From contig NC_135887.1 of the NCBI RefSeq assembly GCF_964194155.1, positions 3,658,001-3,722,000 of the forward strand: 64,000 nucleotides of DNA, read 5' to 3'. Of this stretch, positions 50,411 through 62,767 are shown in pieces. This DNA comes from Cetorhinus maximus (lineage: Eukaryota). The notes beneath the pieces were generated by a model that saw only the letters and a program-made list of their open reading frames with translations, made no database searches and was not told the origin of the DNA. Position 1 is the stretch's first letter. The number at the start of each line of letters is the position of its first letter. The translations under genes and the position numbers were made by a program.

Positions 50411-52744
50411 CCCCATAATAGACTAATGAATAAAGTCAGAGAATGTGGAGCCCGGAGACAAGTTGAAGAATGGGCTGCTAGTTTGCTTCAAGACAGAAGT
50501 AGAGAATGGGAATAAAGTGTCGTTATTCAGAGTGGCAGAAGGTAGGAGGCAGTGGTCCAGAAGGATCAGTGCTGGGACCACTGCTATTCACAATTTACAT
50601 TAATGATTTGGACTTTTAAAGCAAAGACATAATTTCTAAATTTGAGGATGATGCCAAATTGGTGGGGGGGAGGAATAGTCAATACTGAGGAGGACTGTAA
50701 AAAATAACAGGAGGATATTAATAAACTTGCAGAATTGGTAAATAATTGGCAAATGAAGTTCAACACAGATAAATATGAGGTAGTACATTTTAGTAGGATG
50801 AATAGGGAGGTTACTTATTACTTGGAAGGTGAATGTCTAAGGGATAGAAGAACAAAGAGACCTCGGAGTACAAATCCACCAATCACTAAAAGTTGTGCCA
50901 CAGGTTAGTAAGGTCACTTAACAAAAGCAAATCAAGTACTACGTTTTCTAGAGGGATTGAATTGAAAAGTAGGGAAGTTATGCAAAACCTGTATTGAAAC
51001 TTGGTTAGACCACCCACAAGAGTGCTGTGTCAGTTCTGGTCACCATATTACAGAAATGCACAGTGTGCATCTTTTGTCCTTCACAGTGTGTCCACCTGGA
51101 AGTCAGCCTGATTAAGGGGCTTATGTTTCAGCAGGCCATAGAATCTGGTAAAGGTTGGCTGTTCATCACTTGTCCCACCTCCTTAAACCCTGGAAGTGGG
51201 CATTTTGGAGGCGGGTTAGAATCGGGTTCCAGATTTTGAAAATTGTAACACCTGACCCAAAGTCTCACCTCTTTTTGTAAAAATTGACCCCATAAGAAAA
51301 AAGGAGAAAATTAGAAAACAAAATAAGAAGGAGCAAACCTTGCTTAAGTACACCAGAAAATAAAGTGAAAAATAAACTTTAAATGGTACATTCTTAGCCA
51401 GAAATACTGACATATAAAGAGCAAGTCAGGATGAGAATCTTGGACTCAATTCTTAAGATTGCCTTGAGCCATGTATAGTTCATAACAAGAAATACAAGTG
51501 CACTGTAAACATTGAAGGCATCGTCGGAAAATCAAATGCTATACAGTCCAATATATTAACACTGACAGGGAAAAAAATGGTTTGTTTTCTTTTGCAATGA
51601 AGCAATTTCTCAGGAACAGTTTGTGCATTTCCCATATCACAAATCACCTTAAAATTCTGTTTCTCCACAATGAAAACTCAAAATGTTATTTCTGATCTCA
51701 TCTGATATTGCAGAACTTGTTGTGCTCTGTCATTAATGTACCCTCGATTCCTCGGCTAGGTGGCTTCTAACAGGCAATGATTCCAAAAGACGTCTATGCT
51801 ATCTTTAATTATTGATCTTTTTCGGCTGTCAACTTGCACAGGGCAAGGCTATTTTAAAATTGTACAAAATATGCAGATTGATGTTTATTTTATTCATCTA
51901 AAAGGATTCCAGACTGCTATAGAGGTATGATCATTCCAATTTCTGCTTGAGATACCTAAAGCAACTGCTTGTAGCTGGCCAAATAACTCACTGCCACTCT
52001 ATTTGATCTAAAGGTGAAAAAAGCGATAGGACCTGAGCACGCTAAAGTGGCTGCAAATAGAGTGCAATCAATAATTGTCTGCAAACTTCCACCACAAATG
52101 GTGAAACAACCATCACTTTGCTCTCCCCGTACCGTCACCCTTTGCCTAATCTTCGAGTCATCGACGCAAGCCATAAAAATTAGTAACCTGGTTGAGAGTA
52201 ATGAAAATTAATGGCATGTCCTTTCCTATTCTTCTCTTGTTTTCACTTTTTCTTTTAATTTTGCCTCCAGCCACCTTCTAGTACTCCAGCTTGCGAAGAC
52301 ATCTCAGAAACAGACCATAGCCTCAGTAGCTTTTCTGTCACCATCCCGGCAAGTCAGCTTTAAAAACATCAGAAGCAGAATTTTTTATTAGAATTTTCAA
52401 TTCCACCAACTGAGGCCAAGGGCTGCTGTCCCATTAATCAACAAACCATTAATTAAATTAGCTGGAGAGTACAAGGTTGCGTCATTTCTGGTATAAGCAG
52501 ACATTTAATCCTTCATCATTTGAGAACTTTAATTTCATCTGTTTCATTTTTGCTTCATGTACCCGAAGCAGAGATGGCAAGATCCTAGATCAGCATGAAG
52601 ATGAACAAAGGGTCAGGCTGCTTCTGGTGACGCTCGAAGAAGGAATTTTGGTCAGGAGGAAGCGAGAATCTTTCCTCTGAAATTTGTGCCCCTGGACATT
52701 GCGCACCCTCCTGAATGACTGAAACAGGTTAACAGAGCCTCCTT

Positions 52745-52892
52745 ACTTAGCATCTCATCTGAAGGCTGTCATCACTGACGGTGCAGTAGTGGACGGCAGT
52801 GTCAATTTAGATAACATGCTCAAATCCGGGACTGAAAATTGAATGCAAAGACTCATTCAGGAATGAAGTGCTACCCACAGAACTAAGGTGAT
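52745..52892 (-). mobile_element. Degenerate SINE 5' part (Deu-SINE/SacSINE-like)
   Basis: Recalled similarity of CATCTCATCTGAAG..CTGACGGTGCAG..AGTGTCA; not verified. Confidence 0.35.
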
Positions 52893-53712
52893 ACCGGCAA
52901 GAAGTAAGAACACTGATGTTATTATTTTCTTTGACATCGATATGTACTTAGTTCTCTGGCTCTAGGTTGGGATCCAACAGAATCCATTAATTTTTTACAA
53001 CTCTTATCATTTCTACACCACTTTTAAACCATAGGAGACATGATAGTACATATTTATAAATAAATTATCAATTGCCCATGGTGCTGTCCACAGTTAGTTG
53101 ATGAGTACAAACCTTCTGTGCAAAATGTACATCATTGGGAGAGAGATTTCAGAAGTTTGCTTCACTGAGCTACTTAGTGCGAAGGTATGGGAATTCACGC
53201 AAACTTTTATCTTGCTGGCACATTATGATCAATGACGAAAAGGCCACCTGCTGCAATGCCTGCGTTTGCTATGCTTGTATATGCCCCCTCTCTCTTTGTT
53301 TAAGGGCCTCCTAAGATCAGGAAGCTGTCACCCAAAACAAAGAGCAAGAAGCAGCCAATCGCATCAGTACCCATCAAGCATTCCAGGCTCCAGAAGCACC
53401 AGCTCAGATATATTGACTTCAGGGAAAACTGACAGAAGGAATCATGAGGAAGCACAAGTCATCAGTGAGGAAAAAGCGGAGATGGCAGCAGATGAACAGT
53501 TACAGGAAGAAGGCAGGGGTATAGCTACATAGCTGCTGGAAAATCCGCACATTTCTACCTTGCAGGAGCTGCAGGAGTTATACTCATTATTAAGATGCTC
53601 CTCGGGTAGTTCTTTGAGAATTCCCTGTGTGGAATGTCAAGGAAATATAATAATCGTGCTTAAGTATCTGTGCCGACATGCAAAAGGGTTTCATGAACCT
53701 GCTAAGCACCAA

Positions 53713-54377
53713 GGGCAGATTTTTATGTCCCACAGGCAGGCAGGTGTGAGCCTTGCCCGATCGGGTGTAAAACTACGCGAGAAGACATCAGGGGAGCGCC
53801 CCAACGTCATCGCGCACTGGCGCAATATTTCACTTGGCGGGCGGGCGCACGCAGAAGTCGGGAATGCATCCGCCAACAATTAAGAGGACAATTAAGCCCA
53901 TTAATGGCGCAATTGTCTCCAATTTTTCGTCCAACCTGACGTTGGCGGACAGGCAAATCGGCCAGGCGGACTTTGCACTTTTCATCAAACCTCATCCGAG
54001 GGCGGGTTGAGGTTTTCATTATTAAATAAAATAAAAATAAAAATAAAAATCTGTGGACAGCATTTTTATCATCTATGTGTGCGAAGTGCCTGATTGTGAC
54101 GCTTGGGGCATTTTTTTCTGATTTTCAAAACTTTATTTCATGGTTTTCGGCTCTGCAGCTTCCTGAGGCAGCTCTCTGCCTCTCTCAGCGCTCGCCCGTG
54201 CCCACGCTGACGTCATCGCCCACCCTCCTCCTGAGCTTTTCAGTGCACGCTTCAGGCTGGTAGGCCATTAATTGGCCAGCAGTTGGGGTTGATGGGTTGT
54301 TTGTGGTCGGAGGTCCGTTTCCTGGCTGATCCTGGGCCCGATGATCACGCCCACCTGCCAAGCTGATAATTCAGGCC
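53713..54377. mobile_element. Non-autonomous Harbinger element
   Basis: GGGCAGATTTTT / ATAATTCAGGCC; flanks CAA / CAC; central AAACCTCA..TGAGGTTT hairpin. Confidence 0.82.
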
Positions 54378-56102
54378 CACGAGACAATGGGAACTCTCCG
54401 CCATTCTGCCGCGAAGCCCTCAGAATTACAGATTCAAACGATCTCTGAGACTTTTTCACATCTGTAGTATAAGACCTCACCTGATCTATGATCAATACAG
54501 GTGGCAATAGCCAGGGCAATAAGGGTGTCCCTGGTTCCTCGTTCATCCATTCTAGCTGCTACTTCAAAGAATTCAAAGAACTACAGATTTTTTACAGCAT
54601 AGAAGGAGGCCAAATTCTGGCAAAACTGACTGTTTGATGATAGAAGAGTCATAATTGTTGCTGAAGTGTCATGCAGTCATCTGCATTATTCATTTGTGGT
54701 CGTCTGAATCTAGCAGCAGGTTGATCAAATGATCATGGGGCTGTTGTTTGGTGCCCTAATCATTTGCTGCCATCAATGATATCCTGTGCTTCTGGGAACT
54801 GAGCCCCCAGTAGAAGTGTTATGCCCTCTCCAGTTGCTCTTTCCAACTTAACGAGAGAGTGACAGATGTGTTGCCCTGGGTAACATAGTTCCACCAGTGA
54901 GCAATTGGTTGCACTGGTGCACAGGCAAATGATTAACTCGGTAAATGTCACCAGTGGAGTCTTGAAACGAGCCGGTAACATGTAATTAAATGTGGTGATT
55001 TAACCACAAGACCCAGGGCTGTCTTTGTGCTGGAGGTTGCCTGAAGTTCAGGCTCCAGTAGTTGGGACGAATTGATGACTGTATGCTGACTTGGAGACTG
55101 AAGGTAGTTTTCTTACAATGTGCCCAAGTCATTGTGACCGGCTGTGCTATAATTGCTGGGCTTGCTGCAAATGGGTACGAGGCATCTACCATGATAATGC
55201 ATCTTTTTTGCCCCCTAATCCGCAAAAATTCTTCTTCCTCCTTGAAATCCAGGTCAACCACTGGCAGGTTCAATGGAACATGCATGGTCCCCACTGCTTG
55301 CAGCCATAGGGGTGAATTGGAATGCTATAGTTGAGGATGTGCAACAGCAACATACGAGGGTTGAATTCAAGGAGAACTGCAGTAAACAGCAGGTAAAAGC
55401 AAAACACCTAATGTATTGTTAAGTCAAAAAAGTATCAGTCAGAATGCAAAACTCATTAGTAATATTAGCCCTGGATTCCACCGATAGACAGTTTGCAGCC
55501 ATCCAAGCGCCTTGGCAAATAAAAAGTCTTCCTATAAAACTGCACGGGGAATATGAAATGGCAGCGGTTTACATTCATTTACATAAATTTATCATTCATA
55601 ATGAGGCCAGTATGCACATAGCGTGTCCGCAAACTTCTTTAGATTCAGGAGGTCAGCCCTAAGTGCCCTGAGGCCGAGCTTCTCAATTCTGTGGGCCACA
55701 CCAGCTGCTTCTCCCCATACTCACCACTGAAAAACTTACCCTTACAATTATTCATCTAGCAACTAAGTAAAACCCAATTACGCACAGAACTCAGGTAAGT
55801 GTGAGGCCTTACCAGCAGCAAAGAATTGGTGAATTAGTGAAGTTCTTTGGGGTATTTGTGTTTGGCTGGTGGGAATGGTTTTTCAAAATTATCTTTATTC
55901 ACTGCAGAATCCAGTGATTTACCTCCGAAGTCAGGTTGCCTGACAAAATAATGGTGAGTGAAAGCTCTGGGAAAAGCATATGCTATCTAACTAAGAACAA
56001 GACTTCAGCTATACGGTGGGGAGGTGCAGGGGCAGAAGGTAAAAGTGCTAACTGTTGGTTCAGATTTGTCTCAGCACAGCTCTGAAATGAAGTGCAGGAA
56101 AT

Positions 56103-56722
56103 CATAATAACATAAGATCATAAGGAATAAGAGCAGGAGGAGGCCATTTGCCTCTCGTGTCTGCTCCATCATTCAATAGGATTATGGTTGATCTGACTGT
56201 GGCTTTATCTCCAGTTCCTTGCCTGTCTCCCATAGCCCTCCACTCCCTTGTAGATCGAAAATCTGCCTAACTCAGCCTTGAATATATTCAATGACCCAGC
56301 CTCCACTGCTCTCTGGGGAAGAGAATTCCAAAGATTATCAACTCTGAGAGAAGACATTTCTTCTCGTTGCCTTGTTAACTGTGCCCCCTAGTTCTAGATT
56401 CCCCCATGAGGGGAAACATCCTCTCAGCAGCTACCCTGTCAAGACCCCTCAGAGTCTTATATGTTTCAATAAGATCACCTCTCATTCTTCTAAACTCCAA
56501 TCTCCCAACCTCCTCAACCTTTCCTCACCAGTCAAATCTTTCATCCCAACAATCATCTGAGTGAACTTTCCCTGAACCTCCTCCAACACAGGCATGTCCT
56601 TCCTTAAAAATAAAGAGACCAAAACTGTACACAGTAATGTAGATGTGGCCTCACCAATGCTCTGTACAGTTTTAAGAAGACTTTCCTTCTTTTATATTCC
56701 ATCCCCCTTGCAATCAGGGACA
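56103..56722 (-). mobile_element. CR1 LINE 3' fragment
   Basis: IARGMEYKRRKV..LYRALVRPHLHYCVQFWS; CATAAG-type tail. Confidence 0.88.
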
Positions 56723-57364
56723 ACTGAAAATTAGAATCATATATCAGTTCGAGAAAGAGAACTTTTGGAAGCCAGTGCATAGCGGGGAAGCAAACATCAA
56801 TTTTGAAGCAGCTGGATTGATGCCTAATAAAGTAAGAGCCAAAGCCTTTTCTCAAAATCCTTTGGAATACTTTTTTTTCAATATATATCGAACACTTTTT
56901 TTCTTCCAACCGTGCCACTATTAGATTAAGCTTCAGGATCAAATGATCAATAAATAAAATAGCCAAAGAGACACAATACTAATGAATAATAATTAGTTTA
57001 TGGGTTACGGTTAAATTTTGTCAAGAAATTCAGGTCACTGAGTAAAGTCATTTATTTGTCACCGATGTCACTGAAACAAAACAACACTAAAGCACAAGAG
57101 AAGCGTTCACTTCCAATAACAATCATTAGGTACCCTAAAGCTCTTATTTCACTTAGGTTGCAAAAAGACAAAGAGATGCAAGGGTTACATTGTTCTTTAT
57201 TTGCACCCCCAAGGCAACCAAATATATTGGTGCAATTTTTCTCAACAGATTACAAGCAAGGCCCTTATACTTCTGTGACCTTCTAATGTAGACTTAGCCT
57301 AAGGCAAAACAATTCAGTCAGTCATTTATTGTTAAAAAAAACAAATAAAAAGAAGAACCCTGAT

Positions 57365-57497
57365 TACTTTGTGTATTATGGGCTGTGCGCAAATTGGCTG
57401 GTGCGTTTCCTACTATCAAAAATACTTCATGGGATGTAATGGACTTTGGGATGCGCTGAGATCATGAAACGTGCAGGCTAAATGCAAGTCTGTCTTT
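57365..57497 (+). mobile_element. SINE/L2-type 3' tail, degenerate
   Basis: GCTGTGCGCAAATTGGCTG..TACTTCAT..CTTTGGGA..AAATGCAAGTCT, recalled as a SacSINE-like tail. Confidence 0.5.
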
Positions 57498-58499
57498 TCC
57501 ATTTGTGCTGTCCATTAGAGGGAATGAATTTATTAGGGTGCTTTCGTTAATATCATTTTGAAATAAGCTCAAAACGATGTATTTTGCGTAACTATGTTCT
57601 GCAGCAGAAATAACACGTGGAGCCGCCATTAGGATGAAGACCATCACCCGAATGACATTGACGACTTCAAATAAGCAGGAAGGGGACCAACGCCTGCTGG
57701 CAGCAAGACCTCTTAAGCATCAGCATCATTTAACATCAGCTCATGGGAACAAGCCTGGTACACCAGCAGTAATGTTCAGCATCTGTCCCATTCCTTCAAA
57801 CCTAAAACCATTTCTACCCCAAGTCCAACATTGATATAATCGTCAATCAGCATTGCAAATCACCAGCCACAACAGGAACATTCTGCACACCAAGATTTCA
57901 AAAAGATTCCTCATTTTACTAGCTTACACAAATACCTACAAACTAATTATCACCCAGGAGTCAGACCATCATGATTTCTTAAGTGGCCTCTCGCCTACCC
58001 TATTATTCCTATGAGATGTTCCCTCAGTAGTTTCAGCATGGGAGATGGAAGACTGATTTGGCTCAGATGAAGTGTCCAAGACGAAACTTAGGGGCTGCAG
58101 CGTTTCAATGGCTTTTGGAACATTCTACCCCTGCTGGCACTGAAGCAAGCATTGATTGAGGGCATGTTGAGTATATGGAAATGCTACCCTCACGAAAGAA
58201 CGAAACATGCCCCTCTCTTATTGCATGATCGCCTCTGTTATGGGGTAATGGATCAAACCTCCTTTCAATCTGTAGGAAGTCGGACTGTGAGAGATCCATG
58301 ATGGGACTGAAGCCCCTATCTGTTTAGCCTGCTAGCATGCCCAATGCAGGGGAGACAATGGAGCCAAGAGTCTACATGGCACCTGAGCACCCTGAGAGAT
58401 GCCACAAACTTCTGTGCAGATCCGTCCAACTTACTATCCATAGAACTTGGGAAGCCAATTATTTAGGATATCATACAGGTTATGTTACTGCCATAACAA

Positions 58500-58865
58500 T
58501 ACAGAGGCCAGGAATATTGATGTGGAGATGAGTTCAAATCCCACCATGGCAGCTGGGAAATTTAAATTTGGTTAATATAATAAATCTGGAATTAAAAGGT
58601 AGTTTCATAATGGTGACCATAACAACTGGATTATTGTTAAAATCAATCTCATTTACTAATGCCCTTTAGTGAAGGAAATCTGCCGTCCTTACCTTCATGG
58701 TCTGGCCTACATGTGACTTCAGACCCACAGCAATGTGATTGACTCTTAACTGCCCCCTGAAATTGCCTAGCAGTTTCCACCACCGTCTCTCCAAAGGGAA
58801 TTAGGGACGGGTAAAAAATGCTGGCCTTACCAGCAATGACCATATCCCGTGAGTATTTTTTTTGA
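58500..58865 (+). mobile_element. tRNA-derived SINE
   Basis: B-box-like GAGTTCAAATCCC; 3' tail similar to 47948-48040 in reverse complement. Confidence 0.7.
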
Positions 58866-59079
58866 ATTCTGTGCTTGTACTCAGGAAGGGAGGAGTACAG
58901 TGACAGTGCATCTTCAAGACATGAGTTGCTGAAAGAGCACAGGGAAAATGCCTTAAAACATAAAGGCGAGGGTAAACAATAGCAAATGAGTGGTAGCACA
59001 CTGCCGTCTCAAGATGCTATGCTGTGTGTAATGAGTTTGGATGAAGGGAAAGTGGCCAGCATCTTGCTGTGTGTGACTT

Positions 59080-59875
59080 CCTGCCTATGTGTGTCCTCCC
59101 TCTGCCAATGATACTGATGACAGTGTCCTCACGAGGAGGCTGCACCTCACCCCATTCTGAATCATCCCCATATTGAATGCAAGTTTGTCTTGCAAGAAAA
59201 GTGGAGTGGGTTAGTGTATGTCACGTGAAAGGGATGTGAGGATATGTGAGGGCTAATGTGCATGCTGAGAGGAAGAAACAGCAGGGCCTTTGGATGAAGA
59301 AAATTTATACAGTGTCAAAGAACTTAACAAAAAATGTGAAAATTATTCCAAGTCCAAGACAAAATAAAAGCAGACTGCTGTTTGTGCCAGTTTTGAGGCA
59401 GTAACAGGTGTTGCGTGTGTGAGCGTAAGCAGAAGGAGTTAGATGAAAAAAATGCCCCAATGCATTTGGAAGGGAGGCTTGTTCAACAGGGAAGCACTGG
59501 TCATGCTGGGGAGAGATGTGGTGCTGCAAGACTGGATTCAAAGTAAGAGACATTTGGAGAGGAGTTTTACATTGGTATTGCACTGCAACCAGATACGAGG
59601 AATGATAATGCCAGCCATTGACCGTGTGCTCCACAGGGTGCTTTCCAAACCTACCCTTTTAAGAGATGCAAGCTGTCTTCAAGAAGCAGCAGACCCATCA
59701 GATCTCCTGCCTTCCCAATAAGCGGTATGATTAAGTGCTGACACCTTGCCATTCATTCAAACAAGGTCCATTCACCAAAATTGATTGGGCCTCCTGCGGA
59801 TGTCAACAAGAGGGAAGAGGGGACACACAGTCCATCCGCAGCCCAATAAATCCTGCAGGAGAAATTCGTCCCCAA
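59080..59875 (-). mobile_element. Old Harbinger end with Myb exon remnants
   Basis: TIR-like AGAAATTCGTCCC; minus-strand PRIWLQC and acceptor|DKLAFN fragments. Confidence 0.4.
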
Positions 59876-60397
59876 AATTTCAAAATTAAAACAGAGGCGG
59901 TTAACAGAAAACCCAGAAAAGCATTCATCAATGCATTGTGAGAATGTAAAATGCTGCGTTCTCCAAAGGCCACAAGTGCAAAAGCATTGAGGTGCTTAGT
60001 AAAAAAGGTAGAGACTTATTTGGGAACTAAAAGTATTAAGGAGGCCTGCCTCTGTGCCCTGACACAGTGTTTAAATAAATAAAAAATAAATTATAACAAA
60101 AAACATCCCTCCAGCCCTCACCCCTCACCCCCTCACCACCCCCACACACTGCCTATGCCCCATCCATGCCAACCTATGCTCCCCATCCACCCCCAAAGCC
60201 CCCACACCCCATATGATGACTTAGTTATCCTCTACCCACCCCCCATAGCCCCTCACAGTGTTATGCCAACTTAGTACCCCTCTACCCAGTCCATGACCTT
60301 CACGCTCCATGCCAACTCAGTGCCAATTCATGCCAACCCATGTCCCCACGGTGCTTTGCCCTTATCCCCTCCATGCCAACTCACCTTGTATCCTTGG

Positions 60398-60690
60398 ACA
60401 GTTCCTTGACAGCTTTGACACTCCCTGGGTAGCTTTGACAGTTTTGACATGTTTTACATCTCCTGGATAGTTTGACAGTTTTGACACTTTCTGGGTAGCT
60501 TTGACAGATTTGACAGCTGGACAGCTCCTTAGCATTTTCTTGACAGCTGGACATTTCCTTGACAGGTGGCAGTTCCTTGATAGCTTGAAATTTCCTTCAA
60601 AGCTCCTTGACAACTGGACAGCTCCTTGACAGCTGGACAGCTCCTTGACATTTCCTTAACAGCTGGACAGTTCATTTACAGCTTGACAAT
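60398..60690. repeat. Degenerate tandem repeat (TTGACAGCTGGACAGCTCC)n
   Basis: More than 20 GACAG/TGACA cores at about 9-10-bp spacing. Confidence 0.85.
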
Positions 60691-60918
60691 TCCAATGAGT
60701 TTATGCATAAAAAGTGCATAATCATGTTCACTTTTAACAATCCCAAAAGGTGCCTTAGCTCTCCGAAAGGTTGCTTTATCTTTCCCAAAGGTGTTCCAGG
60801 TCCCTATACAAAGGGGGACCTCACCTCTTCAAAGTACCCTGGCTATCCATAAGAATCCAAAAAGTTCAGACCTCCTCTTACCTGTGCTCATCTGCACAGC
60901 CCAGATTTACCACTCCTG

Positions 60919-61610
60919 GGGTAGAATTTTACATCCCGCGGGCGGGTATGCGCCCGACCTGATCGGGCACAAAATAAAGCACGATGATGACGGGCAAGGA
61001 TCCCAACGTCATCGTGCACTTGCGCGATATTTCGGTTGGCGGGCATGTGCAAGAGCCGGCAGCGCGCCCGCCCAAAATGAAGGGGCCAATTAAGGCCATT
61101 AATGCATTAATTAAGAGCAATTTTTTGCTGCCCGTCCAACCTTACAGTTGGAGGGCGGGCAAATCGGCCAGGCGGCCTTTGGATTTTTTGAGGAAACCTC
61201 ATCCACGGGTGGGATGAGGTTTCCAACATTAATTTTAAAAAATAAAAATGTTTTGACCGAGTTTTTATTATCCATATGTTCAGAGGAGTGAGTCCTGCGT
61301 GGGGACATTTTTTTTTGCATTTCATAATCTTTATCTTTGTTTCTAAAATTCTTCAGCTCCCTGAGGCAGATCTCTGCCTTTGGGGAGCTTTCATTGTGCG
61401 CTCCCCCAACGCCTGCACAGACTTCAGCTCTCCTCCTCCTCCTGCCACCACCCCAGCAGCTTCTCAGCGCACGTTTCATGGCTGACTGGCCTCTAATTGG
61501 CTAGCCAGCGTGGAATCGTGGTCGGGGGGCCAATCGCGGGCGGCGGCCAATTTCCCGGCCGCTCCCCGGCCTGCCCACCGCTCCCGCCCGACAACCCAAA
61601 AATCCTGCCC
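60919..61610. mobile_element. Non-autonomous Harbinger element, nested in an older element ending near 61826
   Basis: TIRs GGGTAGAATTTT / AAAATCCTGCCC; TSD CTG. Confidence 0.9.
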
Positions 61611-61829
61611 CTGGTCTTCCAAAACCCCACCTTAGTGGAGACAGCTGGTGATATAAATGGCCAACTGCCTCCATGAATCAGGCACGTGTGAACCCCAGCC
61701 CAATCCCGGTCTCGTCCCCACAAAGATGGGAAATGCCAGGTTCGGGGATAGGACCTAGAACTTTTGACCTTTTCCAGGATTTTCACAACACTTGAGAGAC
61801 TCTCCATCGTGGTGAAAACCCGGGCCTAT

Positions 61830-62172
61830 GTTTCCACTTGTGGGGAATCCCTAACTGGGGGCCACAAATATCAGGATAATCACTAATAAATCCAATTAGG
61901 AATTCAGGAGAAGTTTCTTTGCTCAGAAACAGTCAGAATGTGGAATTTGTTACTTGTAAGTACTTGACGTCATTGAAGTGAAGAGCATTGTTGCACTTAA
62001 GAAGAACTTAAGAAGAAGCTAGACAAGTACATGAGGGAGAAAGGAGTAGAAGATAATATTGATGGAGTGAGATGAAGCATGGTGGGAGGAGTTTCATGTA
62101 AAGCATAAATACCAGCATAGGCTGATTGGGCAGAATGGCCTCTTCCTTTATTAGGTACTATGTAATACGATG
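61830..62172 (+). mobile_element. CR1 LINE 3' fragment
   Basis: FRRSFFAQ..RMWN motif and GGGCAGAATGGCCT tail. Confidence 0.75.
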
Positions 62173-62540
62173 TAATTTGGGATGAAACATATTAAGGGTT
62201 GCCATGGCATACAAATGACAGATCAGTTTCAATGGGCTGCATGGTTGACTTCTGTTATTATCCATGCTTTTCAAATAAACTGACATTTTTCTCCAAATTG
62301 CAATGAGTCTGAGGAGCACGTTGATGGTCTTCAGAAACTGTTAGTTTAATTGGCACATTTTACATCTGCGTAGAAGTAACGTAGCAAAATGAAATGCCTC
62401 ACACGGTGTCAGAAAACACGGTCACAGTATAGGTGAAACATATTCATTTTAATCAATTCAAGATCCTTGTTTAGAAAGATATTACCTATTACCCAAATGA
62501 AACATAAGACTCCAACCCTCCCAAAATTGTTATTTTAAAA

Positions 62541-62767
62541 CTACATCAGCAGTTGTCTAAAACTTTGAGGAGATGACTGTTTAACTATTTCCTTTTCTGA
62601 TCTACTCTGAATTTGGGGTTTCCAAAACAATCCATAGTCAGTATCGAGTCTTCTGTGCGGTCCAAGATCAGTGTTAAAATATACAGCCGAGTAAGTGTCT
62701 TGATTGTAACCGAGGTTGACATCAGTTATTGAGGACACTGTTTGGAAAGATTGCCCATTTACAGAAC
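62541..62767 (-). CDS. Candidate terminal coding exon of an unidentified host gene
   Basis: Acceptor tctgatctattcAG; 74 open codons (SVNGQSFQTVSSITDVNLGYNQD..FRQLLM*); non-repetitive; several retained CpGs. Protein not recognised. Confidence 0.4.

Larger units (their letters stand above)
47715..51055 (+). mobile_element. CR1 LINE ORF2, disrupted by several insertions and an internal deletion
   Basis: ESIWI..VVYRPP, DFNYLNINW..LDLVMG..SDHN (EN); resumes at about 50411 with PHNRLMNKV..FEDDAKL (RT). Confidence 0.85.

Noticed and set aside
52477-52680. Protein-like short ORF (DGKILDQHEDEQRVRLLLVTLEEG)
   Set aside because: No recognisable family and no convincing splice frame on either strand.
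53170-55380. Another very old Harbinger body around the 53713 MITE
   Set aside because: Only vague motifs (CCC..N, acidic stretch); no boundaries or reliable frame.
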